Assembly: GCA_964387965.1 (NCBI GenBank)
Contig: CAYLXO010000003.1
Span: 1-43,196, forward strand
DNA: 43,196 nt
Reading direction: 5' to 3'
From: an uncultured Candidatus Saccharibacteria bacterium
GTDB taxonomy: Bacteria; Patescibacteriota; Minisyncoccia; Phycocordibacterales; UBA9973
The notes beneath the pieces are model-generated. The model made no database searches. It saw nothing but the letters and a program-made list of their open reading frames with translations, and was not told the DNA's origin. Made by a program: the position numbers and the translations under genes. Shown in pieces: positions 34,959-43,165 of the stretch. The first letter of the stretch is position 1. Every line of letters starts with the position of its first letter.

Positions 34959-35348
34959 TTAGAATGTTGGGAGCTGTGATTCGACGTTGATCGAATTGCT
35001 TCCTGAAAGTCCAAATGTTGAGAGGAGAAGTGTTACAAGACCCCAGAGGCCAAGGATAACAGCAAATCCGATAATTCCGTGAAGCATTGTTCCACGAGCC
35101 TGACTCTTTTCTTCTGCGTCAGATGCAGTGATGAACTTCACGATACCCCAGATAAACCATGCAACTGCACCAAGAATAAGAACTGGGATTGCAATCTTGA
35201 TAAGCTGATACACTTTACAGATGATACCTTCGAGTGTTCCAAGTCCGTAATTTCGTACAGTACATGAAATTGAACTCTGAGCAAAAGCAGAAAGTGGAGC
35301 AAGGATTGAAAGGGCTCCTGCACCAATGTATGCGATTTTGTTTTTCAT
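34959..35348 (-). CDS. small two-helix pilin-like protein B
   Basis: Signal peptide ...PLSAFAQS, a Cys pair, TM1, loop FITASDAEEKSQARG, TM2 MLHGIIGFAVILGLWGLV. Confidence 0.6.
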   Translation of the reverse strand: MKNKIAYIGAGALSILAPLSAFAQSSISCTVRNYGLGTLEGIICKVYQLIKIAIPVLILGAVAWFIWGIVKFITASDAEEKSQARGTMLHGIIGFAVILGLWGLVTLLLSTFGLSGSNSINVESQLPTF

Positions 35349-35429
35349 GATAACTCTTCGCGCAAGCCCCTTTCGGGAAGCGCAATCTAAACGCTAATAA
35401 ATAATTTTTGACCTTTTAATTGTACATTA

Positions 35430-35438
35430 ATTATACCA
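35430..35438 (-). promoter_or_regulatory. extended -10 promoter (TGgTATAAT) for pilin-like B, with a long structured leader
   Basis: On the minus strand: cgTGgTATAAT, about 80 nt upstream of the ATG at 35348. Confidence 0.45.
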
Positions 35439-35470
35439 CGAATATCTATAAGTCTAGGAGATACTGTGGA

Positions 35471-35992
35471 TTATTGAACCTCTTTGTTCACTGGAAGCTG
35501 AGGGATAACGGTGCGTAGACCAAATGTATTGTTGAGCACTGCTGTAAGACTCCACACTGAAAGCATAACTGCGAGTGCAATAACCCCCCAAAGCATAAAT
35601 TGTCTTCCCTGTTCCTTTTCTGCAGAATCTGATGCTTGAATAAACTTGACCGTTCCCCACACGAAAACCGCGAGCGCTACTGCAAAAAGAAGCGGGATGA
35701 CTGATTGCAATATAAGACAAGTGAGGTACTTAAGCACTTCAGTTACATTTTTAAATGGTGCGGCCGGTGCATCTTTACAGTACCCTCCTCCAGAATTAGT
35801 TGTATCGGCTACTCCTGTATCTGATGTACCAGAACCACCGCCTCCTGAAAATCCACTAAAATCTGGATTGCTTGTTCCATCCCCAAAAGCGCTACCACCT
35901 GTAAGACTCTGTGCGTTTGCAACTGCAGAAAAAGTTGTAAGAACTAGACCCACAAAAAGAACTGCAAAAATGTATCGTGCGTATGTTTTCAT
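35471..35992 (-). CDS. two-helix pilin-like protein C with a Gly/Ser/Thr-rich N-terminal spacer
   Basis: Signal peptide ...AVANAQS, a G/S-rich region, a Cys pair, TM1, loop FIQASDSAEKEQGRQ, TM2 MLWGVIALAVMLSVW. Confidence 0.6.
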   Translation of the reverse strand: MKTYARYIFAVLFVGLVLTTFSAVANAQSLTGGSAFGDGTSNPDFSGFSGGGGSGTSDTGVADTTNSGGGYCKDAPAAPFKNVTEVLKYLTCLILQSVIPLLFAVALAVFVWGTVKFIQASDSAEKEQGRQFMLWGVIALAVMLSVWSLTAVLNNTFGLRTVIPQLPVNKEVQ

Positions 35993-35994
35993 AA

Positions 35995-36696
35995 TTAAAA
36001 CTGACTAAATATATCTTTTATTGCTAATGAGAAACCTTTCGCGATAAGTACTATTGTGGCGCCAATGAGTGTATAAAGCAATGCTTTCTTTGCGTTTCCA
36101 ATTTCTTCTGGATTTCCACGTGCAGATATAAACAGGAATCCTGTCCACAAAATCATAATAACGATAATAGGAGTAAGAAGAAGTACTGCCGAATCAATCA
36201 CCTTTGCAATAAAACCTTGCACGTTATTCGCTTGTATCGGGTTTACGTATCTAATATGAATATTTGTATCATTACCACCACCAGCTGGAGGAGGAACATT
36301 TGTCGTATCGCCAATATCCTTTCCTGTTGCTGCTGGAAATACTGAATTTGATTCAGCAGACTTCACACTTGTACCATTTTTATTTTTAGCTGTGACAACA
36401 AATTTGTATGTTTGACCATTTACTAGTCCAGACATTGTAATTGGTGATGATTTGCCAGTTTCAACTTGTACAGGTGCTGGACCAGAAACAACGGTACTAA
36501 CAGTATATTCAGTCGTAAGATCAAAACTTGTACTTACATCAGGTGTGAAATACACAGTTACTTTTTCGTCGCCCGCTTCTGCCCGCACATTTGTTGGTGG
36601 AAGTGGAGCTGCTGCATATACAGAAAAACTAGTAAAACCAATTCCAAAGAGAGCAACAGCAAGAAGTATTTTTTTAAATGCCATACAGTATTTCAT
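35995..36696 (-). CDS. one Fn3 module fused to C-terminal two-helix pilin-like module (D)
   Basis: Signal peptide, Fn3 (PPTNVRAEAGDEKVTVYFTP...GQTYKFVVTAKNKNG), then VLLLTPIIVIMILWTGFLFISARGNPEEIGNAKKALLYTLIGATIVLIA...SQF. Confidence 0.65.
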   Translation of the reverse strand: MKYCMAFKKILLAVALFGIGFTSFSVYAAAPLPPTNVRAEAGDEKVTVYFTPDVSTSFDLTTEYTVSTVVSGPAPVQVETGKSSPITMSGLVNGQTYKFVVTAKNKNGTSVKSAESNSVFPAATGKDIGDTTNVPPPAGGGNDTNIHIRYVNPIQANNVQGFIAKVIDSAVLLLTPIIVIMILWTGFLFISARGNPEEIGNAKKALLYTLIGATIVLIAKGFSLAIKDIFSQF

Positions 36697-36702
36697 AATA
36701 AA

Positions 36703-39210
36703 TTAAAACTGATTAAGAGTATTAGTAAGTGCACTCGCAATAACTTTTGCACCAAGTACGAGTGCTGCACCGACAAGAGTATACATAAGAATTCGTTTTG
36801 CAGTAGAAAGCTCCTCTGGATTTCCTCGTGCTTTTACAAACAGAAATCCGCTTGCAATAAGTGCGAGTACAAGAAGTGGTGTAAGAAGAAGCACGAGTGC
36901 ATCAAGCACCCTTGCAACAAATTCTTCCATAGTGCTACTCTTGAGCGGATTTTTTATTTGAAAATATTTGCTTATATCTGAAACATTATTCGAATCAGAT
37001 CCATCTCCATCAGTTTTATCAATACCACCGGTATCTTTGCCTGTAGCAATTGGAATTACTTCATTTGAATCAGCTGTCGGCCCATCACCCTTACTGTTTG
37101 TAGCAAGAACTCGAAACGTATAAGATAGACCGTTTGTTAAATTTGAAACATATAAACTAGTACCCTTTGTCGTAGTGTGTTTAAAACCATTATTTTCATC
37201 TGTCGAAACAAGTTCAACAGTATAAGAAGTAATTGGAAAACCTCCATCATTTTCTGGCGCTTGCCAATATACAGTAGCTCCGGTATTGCCTGATTTAGCT
37301 GTCACATTACGTGGTGCGTTCGGAGTGCCTGAGGGTTTTACTGGATTTGAAGAATTAGAAATTGAACCCCAAAATCCATCAGAATCTTGAGCTCTAACCG
37401 TAAATGAATACGTCTTTCCATTTATAAGTCCTTTTACGCTTATTGGTGATGTCGTGTTGCTTGCATATATTCCTTCTGGTGTAGATTGAATAGCATAAAA
37501 TTTAATCCTCGATCCGGGAGAGGAAGTAACAGGTTTTACAGTATCAAAAAAGACAGTAGCCTCTTTATCTCCTGCAGTTGCTCGTACATTTAGTGGCGCT
37601 GTTGGATATAACGTAACTGGGCCGTTTGGAATAACTTTTTTTGTAATTGCTGAATATGGACCCGCGATTCCGTCAGTATCAACTGCTCGAATTTCAAATT
37701 GATATCCTTTACCGTTCTCAAGACCCACTACCGTTATGGGCGAGGTTGGCCCACTCGCAAAAGTACGTCCATCTGGAGTAATACGGACTGAATAATATTG
37801 TATCTTTGAGCCAGCCGATGAACTTGCTGGTGGAGGTTCGGTAAACGTAAGCTTTACACTCATATCATCAGGTGTAGCAACAATATTACTCGGAATACCA
37901 GGGACAAGACTTGCTCCCTCCCATTTAAACAAGAGCGAACTCGTAATCTTTGAATATGGCCCCATAAAACCATCAGTATCAACTGCTCGCACCTCAAACT
38001 TATATGATTTTCCGTTTTCGATTCCAGAAACTGTTATTGGTGATGTATTGCCACTTGAAAAACTTCCTACATCTGGGGTTGTGCGAACAATGTAGTACTT
38101 GATTTGAGAACCTGACGAAGGACTTGCTGATTTAGGTGGAGTAAATGAAACAATCGCGGTTCCGTATGAACCTTTTTCTACTTTAACATCAGTAGGACTA
38201 GTGGGAGCAAGTGAAGTAAACAACGTAGTAAAACTTCCAGTAGTGTATGAAGTTGTTCCTGTTGCATCTTTTAAACTATACGCATAAGTCGCACCAGGAA
38301 TTAAATCAGAAATTGGAAATGAAAAGTCGCCACTAGCACCAAGTGTAAAAGATTTTTGATTTTCTTTTCCAGCGTATGAATATACAAACAGTAATGAGGT
38401 GCCCGAAACTGATCCAGATTTTTTTGAACCTGAAACAACTACACTCGTTTCCTCGGGTTTTACATTTACAGTAAAGTCAGACTTTACTGGTGTCGAAAAA
38501 TTTCCAGTGTATATCTTTTTACCCGTAGAAACATTAGTGAGACTATAACTATAACTTGTATTCTCGGTAAGATTTTTTAGGAGAATCGAAAGATCACCTT
38601 GCGCGCTTGTCGTAGAAGCCTGCTCGCTACCTGAATTTGATTTACTAGAATAATCGACTTTAAACTTTGTGCCTGTGACTGTATTTGAAATTTTTGCATA
38701 AAAAGCTGCAGTATTATATGTGGGTGAAATAGAAACAGACACTGTTGCTGTTCCTGTCGTACTCCCTGTGCTTCCACCTGTTGTACCTCCAGTGCTTGTC
38801 CCGCCAGTACCTGTACCTGTAGTTGTCGTTCCTCCAGAGCCCTTCACAATTGACGCGCAACTTGAATCAGGACCCGAATCAAGCACCGCTCCGCTTGAGT
38901 GGATAACTGAACCAAATACTTTTATACAAAGTGAGCTAGGGACTACTGCTTCAATTTTTAGAGTAATTGGTGAACTTGCTCCTTGGGCCTCAAAATAATT
39001 TGAATCAAAACCTGCATACACATAATACCGTGAAATTACTTCGCCTTCAGTAGTGACAGCTGGTGAAAATGACACACTAAAATTATTGAGCGATGTTTCA
39101 GTTGCAACAACGTTTGTTGGTGCTTGTATCTTTGCAAAAGCTCCGTGTGGTAATGCACACACAAGTAGCACAGAGAGCAGTCCAATAATTTTTTGTATAT
39201 GTTTTTTCAT
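36703..39210 (-). CDS. about seven Fn3/Ig-like modules fused to C-terminal two-helix pilin-like module (E)
   Basis: Signal peptide MKKHIQKIIGLLSVLLVCALPHGAFA (start at 39210), a G/T-rich linker, repeated Fn3 modules, and C-terminus LVLLLTPLLVLALIASGFLFVKARGNPEELSTAKRILMYTLVGAALVLGA...NQF. Confidence 0.7.
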   Translation of the reverse strand: MKKHIQKIIGLLSVLLVCALPHGAFAKIQAPTNVVATETSLNNFSVSFSPAVTTEGEVISRYYVYAGFDSNYFEAQGASSPITLKIEAVVPSSLCIKVFGSVIHSSGAVLDSGPDSSCASIVKGSGGTTTTGTGTGGTSTGGTTGGSTGSTTGTATVSVSISPTYNTAAFYAKISNTVTGTKFKVDYSSKSNSGSEQASTTSAQGDLSILLKNLTENTSYSYSLTNVSTGKKIYTGNFSTPVKSDFTVNVKPEETSVVVSGSKKSGSVSGTSLLFVYSYAGKENQKSFTLGASGDFSFPISDLIPGATYAYSLKDATGTTSYTTGSFTTLFTSLAPTSPTDVKVEKGSYGTAIVSFTPPKSASPSSGSQIKYYIVRTTPDVGSFSSGNTSPITVSGIENGKSYKFEVRAVDTDGFMGPYSKITSSLLFKWEGASLVPGIPSNIVATPDDMSVKLTFTEPPPASSSAGSKIQYYSVRITPDGRTFASGPTSPITVVGLENGKGYQFEIRAVDTDGIAGPYSAITKKVIPNGPVTLYPTAPLNVRATAGDKEATVFFDTVKPVTSSPGSRIKFYAIQSTPEGIYASNTTSPISVKGLINGKTYSFTVRAQDSDGFWGSISNSSNPVKPSGTPNAPRNVTAKSGNTGATVYWQAPENDGGFPITSYTVELVSTDENNGFKHTTTKGTSLYVSNLTNGLSYTFRVLATNSKGDGPTADSNEVIPIATGKDTGGIDKTDGDGSDSNNVSDISKYFQIKNPLKSSTMEEFVARVLDALVLLLTPLLVLALIASGFLFVKARGNPEELSTAKRILMYTLVGAALVLGAKVIASALTNTLNQF

Positions 39211-39211
39211 A

Positions 39212-41311
39212 TTAGAAGAAAGTTGGGAAATATGACACATTGTATCCCATGCCGACCATAACCATCTTAACAATAATCCACGCGGCAAATGCAATAATAA
39301 GTCCAGTTATAACCTTCATAAAAATTGTTTTTGCTTGGCTTATCTTTTCTGCGTTTCCAGCAGATGTAAGCATGAGAAAACCTCCGTACAAGAACATAAG
39401 CGCAGCAAGTCCAGGGGCAAGCGCAAACATCAAAAAGTTAATAATGTTATTGATGAGTTTAATAAGATGCTCAAATGTACAGGTAGTACGCGTACCTGCT
39501 ACGTTTACTCCAGTACATGGGATGATACCTCCGTTATCTTCTGGCTCGAATGTGCCGATAGTTCCTCCATTTGAAGGTCCAACAATATACGGAATAGTTC
39601 CTGCATCATCAGCAGTCTTACCAGTTATAAACTGAAACAGGTACGAATATGTTGGTTGTGCATCAATATCAGTAGACGTAATTTTTATATCGTAATAGTA
39701 CGTAGTATCAGGTGTAAGATCTTCAAGTTTTGCACTCCATGTGCCATCAGAATTCTTATTCATGCCAACAGCAGTCTCAAGATTATCTGAATCTGTGCCA
39801 TATTCTATTTCAAGTGCCGAAACTCCATCAGAAGCCTTTGCAACAATAGTCGCATTGTCTCCCGCGACAATAGATGCACCCGGATCAACACGTATGGGTA
39901 ATGTTTCAAAATATGCAATGCGACTGTATACGTTCAAGTCATTTATCGGATTACCGATATACAACATATACAGATGATTTGGCATCAAGTTTGTGATTTT
40001 TTCTTCGAAACGTCGTGTTTTTGTATCAATTCTTGGAGCAAAGTTTGTATATGTTGGACCGTCTACTTGATACAAATATATTTCGACATCTTTTTTGAAA
40101 TTTACTACTTCACCACTAATAGTGACACTTGTTTGTGACTGATTGTATACATGTGAGTACGCAATAATTCCTGGAGAATAAAGCATGTCACGCTTGTCTG
40201 GCGCATAGCTTCCTCCAGCACCTGCACCATACCCCTGACCTCCCCCGCCATCTCCCATATCCGGAGCTGGACTCGCTGATGCAAGTGTTGAAAATGATCC
40301 AGCCTGTGATAATGGATTATTTTTTGAATCAAATACCTGAAAATAATATGTAGTATCAGCAATAAAACCTGTTGTTTCAAAAGTAAAATCAGGATCCGCA
40401 TCTGTAGTCTTTGTATCTACAAGCAAATCAAGTTTTGATGGACTTGTTCCGTAATGAATATATGCCTGCTGTTTTTCACCTTTAAAAGTACCTGTAATTA
40501 CTACCGAAGTAACTCCAGGCGCCACATCGGTAATCGAGACAGTATTCGCGCCGACTGGTAATTCATCAATACCAAAAAATCCTGAAGATCCTGTGATGAA
40601 TGTGTGACCTTTATCATAAAAAGAATAATTGTATGAGCCGGGTTGTAAATCACTCACAGCTACTTCAAATGTATCGTTTTCCCCTACCGCTCCTTGTTTT
40701 GTGATTGTGGCAACTTTTGTGATCGGCTCTTCTTCAGGACCAGTTCCATTAGTAACTAACTTTTGAACTGAAATCGCAAATGTTTTTGCATCATACAAAC
40801 CATGTGTAATCTCACCTGTAAATAGAAACGACACATCATCCGTCGGAGCATAATCAAGATTTGAAATAACGAGCGTCGAAGAAGTAGTTCCTCCAGTTTG
40901 TCCACCGCACCCAGCAACCGTTGGCTTAAACAAAAACGATCCATACCCAAACGGTGCTCCAAATTCTGCTCCATCCTTAAAATGATAACTATACGTATAG
41001 CCAGCTCTGAGCCCAGAAAGAGTTGCCGAGAGCTCAACACCAGATGTGACAGTGCGAAGCGAAACTGGTGCAGTAAGTTCTTTTGTAGTTCCGATTTGAT
41101 ATATAACAGTAAGAGGTTCAGTATATGTGCCTACAAGCATTCCATCCATTTCAGCTGTTGTACACGAAATATCTTGTGCAACAAAAATATTTTTTGCATC
41201 AAGTGCCGCCTGTGCGTGTGTACCAAAAAATACTGTGCTAAGAACAATAGTTCCCAACAAAATCGCACGAAGCTGTTTTATTTTTTGATACATATATTTA
41301 TATATTAGCAC
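39212..41311 (-). CDS. roughly five Ig/Fn3-like modules fused to C-terminal two-helix pilin-like module (F)
   Basis: Signal peptide ...FFGTHAQA and repeated beta-sandwich modules ending Y.Y.F...G.F.T. The C-terminus carries a Cys pair, then FLMFALAPGLAALMFLYGGFLMLTSAGNAEKISQAKTIFMKVITGLIIAFAAWIIV. The start may instead be at 41293. Confidence 0.7.
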   Translation of the reverse strand: MLIYKYMYQKIKQLRAILLGTIVLSTVFFGTHAQAALDAKNIFVAQDISCTTAEMDGMLVGTYTEPLTVIYQIGTTKELTAPVSLRTVTSGVELSATLSGLRAGYTYSYHFKDGAEFGAPFGYGSFLFKPTVAGCGGQTGGTTSSTLVISNLDYAPTDDVSFLFTGEITHGLYDAKTFAISVQKLVTNGTGPEEEPITKVATITKQGAVGENDTFEVAVSDLQPGSYNYSFYDKGHTFITGSSGFFGIDELPVGANTVSITDVAPGVTSVVITGTFKGEKQQAYIHYGTSPSKLDLLVDTKTTDADPDFTFETTGFIADTTYYFQVFDSKNNPLSQAGSFSTLASASPAPDMGDGGGGQGYGAGAGGSYAPDKRDMLYSPGIIAYSHVYNQSQTSVTISGEVVNFKKDVEIYLYQVDGPTYTNFAPRIDTKTRRFEEKITNLMPNHLYMLYIGNPINDLNVYSRIAYFETLPIRVDPGASIVAGDNATIVAKASDGVSALEIEYGTDSDNLETAVGMNKNSDGTWSAKLEDLTPDTTYYYDIKITSTDIDAQPTYSYLFQFITGKTADDAGTIPYIVGPSNGGTIGTFEPEDNGGIIPCTGVNVAGTRTTCTFEHLIKLINNIINFLMFALAPGLAALMFLYGGFLMLTSAGNAEKISQAKTIFMKVITGLIIAFAAWIIVKMVMVGMGYNVSYFPTFF

Positions 41312-42623
41312 CTACTTGGTAGAGTTTGTTGCCCGCATCAAGAAGCGAAATATCGAGTGTCGCAATTCCAGAACTTACAGAATACAAAAGATCTTTGAAA
41401 ATAGTACTTGAACTCTTTGGATTTGGATCTACCCATGTTCTCATTACGAGCGCGACGTTGTAGAGATATGACATATATGCATCATGGGCAGGTTTATTTG
41501 CAAGTACATCACGTCGTGTCGGCACAAATGAAAATTGTGTCCCGCTTGAATCAATAAGCAATTGTTCGTTGTCTACCAAAAGTTTTGCAGCAGCCGCTGA
41601 AAGTGTTTTATCTTTTGCACCGTTTGGAATTGCTAACCCGTATAGTCCCCCATTTGTAAGTGGAACTTTTGCAGTTTTGAATTGTGGAGGAAGACTAATA
41701 TTAAAATTAAGGTTTGGATTTTGTGCACGTACTATAGGAATTTCACTTGCACGTCCAAAATAATACACAAGTGCTCCTCGAACAAATGCATCTCTGTCGT
41801 TCATCATACCGTCATGCCATGAGTAGAGTGGGTCGACAGGATTTGAATATGAAAGATAAAAGTTGACTGCATTTTTTGCAGCAGACGCCTCAGTGTTGTT
41901 TGTATTAGCACCAAAGTGAACAGTGAAATCGCCTGTTTGAGAATAATTTGCAACCGGATTACCTCCTTGCATAAAAAGAAGTGTAAGTACGTCTTTTGCA
42001 TTGGTAACATTTTTGTAGGTTCCGAGCGCTGCTGCACTTTGTGTGATTGTTAAGTCACTTGTCTTTTTTGTAAGCGACGACACCGTTCCAGAAAAATCTG
42101 GCCATGTTTTTGGAGGCACAGCGATACCACTCGCTGCAAGTAAATCTTGGTTGTAATACATGACGAGCGGATCAGCAATCCACGGAATCGCAACATAGCC
42201 GTCTGGCATAGCAAAGATGTCTGCTGCAGAAATATATGACGATGCAAACGTCTGAGCAGAGAGTGATGTAAATGGTATGTGCATAAATTTGTCACGAAAA
42301 CGGTATGACAAATTATCCGGCAAAAGCACAAGATCAGGAACCGAATTTTTTGCGACCGCTTCAACAAAATCAGTATCAAATGTAAGCGGATCTTTCTCTA
42401 TGTACTGCACATGAACGTCAGCATTTGCGATATTGAAACTTGCAATAAATTTTTGAAACATCTGTTGATTTACAGTGCCCCATATAGTGACTGATCCTGC
42501 AACTTTCTGTGTAGATGTTCCGCCAAGATTAATAATCCCAGCAAACGACAAAACTCCGGCAATCGCACCAACAATAAAAATGCCGATAAAAACAACTTTA
42601 AAATTTGATGCTTGTGTTGCCAT
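41298..42623 (-). CDS. membrane-anchored extracellular solute-binding protein (ABC family 1 type), orphan
   Basis: N-terminal TM helix, VTIWGTV...PDLVLLPDN, IPWIADPLVMYYNQDLLAASGIAVPPKTWPDF. No permease or ATPase gene lies nearby. Confidence 0.7.
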   Translation of the reverse strand: MATQASNFKVVFIGIFIVGAIAGVLSFAGIINLGGTSTQKVAGSVTIWGTVNQQMFQKFIASFNIANADVHVQYIEKDPLTFDTDFVEAVAKNSVPDLVLLPDNLSYRFRDKFMHIPFTSLSAQTFASSYISAADIFAMPDGYVAIPWIADPLVMYYNQDLLAASGIAVPPKTWPDFSGTVSSLTKKTSDLTITQSAAALGTYKNVTNAKDVLTLLFMQGGNPVANYSQTGDFTVHFGANTNNTEASAAKNAVNFYLSYSNPVDPLYSWHDGMMNDRDAFVRGALVYYFGRASEIPIVRAQNPNLNFNISLPPQFKTAKVPLTNGGLYGLAIPNGAKDKTLSAAAAKLLVDNEQLLIDSSGTQFSFVPTRRDVLANKPAHDAYMSYLYNVALVMRTWVDPNPKSSSTIFKDLLYSVSSGIATLDISLLDAGNKLYQVGANI

Positions 42624-42625
42624 GA

Positions 42626-43150
42626 TTAGTTCTTACAAAATATCATACCATAGTGATAATCTCCGGCATCGATATCTTTTTCTTTTTTAAACCCATGTCG
42701 TTCAAAAAGTGCACATGTTGCTTTCTCGTCAACACGATGATGAGGATGTGGACCAAAATCTGTATCATTATGCCAGTCAATTACCATAACTTTTCCTCCA
42801 GGACGAAGCATGCGCTTTATTTCTTTTACAAAATTTTCTCGATCATCAATTTGAAACAAAATATTTGAAGCAATTGCTTTATCCAAACTCGCATCAGAAA
42901 GTGGCACTCCTTTTGGTGAAGACAAATCTCCCCAAATAGGATGCACGTTTGTATGACCGAGGTGCTTTGCCTCTGCTACTAGGCGTGAGAGCATTTCTTT
43001 TTCGATATCAACGGCAAATAGTCTGCCTCCTTCAAGCCGAGGGGCAGCATGCAAAGCAAAATGACCTGATCCTGTTCCAAGATCAGCCACGTCTTGTGCT
43101 CCGTACACTCCAAACTGGCGAAGTGCGTCGAGTGGGTCAAGAAATCGCAT
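42626..43150 (-). CDS. class I SAM-dependent methyltransferase
   Basis: Motif I VADLGTGSGHFA and motif post-II RPGGKVMVIDW. The start is taken at MRFLDP (43150). Confidence 0.75.
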   Translation of the reverse strand: MRFLDPLDALRQFGVYGAQDVADLGTGSGHFALHAAPRLEGGRLFAVDIEKEMLSRLVAEAKHLGHTNVHPIWGDLSSPKGVPLSDASLDKAIASNILFQIDDRENFVKEIKRMLRPGGKVMVIDWHNDTDFGPHPHHRVDEKATCALFERHGFKKEKDIDAGDYHYGMIFCKN

Positions 43151-43156
43151 AAAACT

Positions 43157-43165
43157 ATTGTAACA
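43157..43165 (-). promoter_or_regulatory. extended -10 promoter (TGtTACAAT) 6 nt upstream of the methyltransferase ATG; likely promoter of the whole pilin-like operon
   Basis: On the minus strand: ttgTGtTACAAT-agtttt-ATG. Confidence 0.4.
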
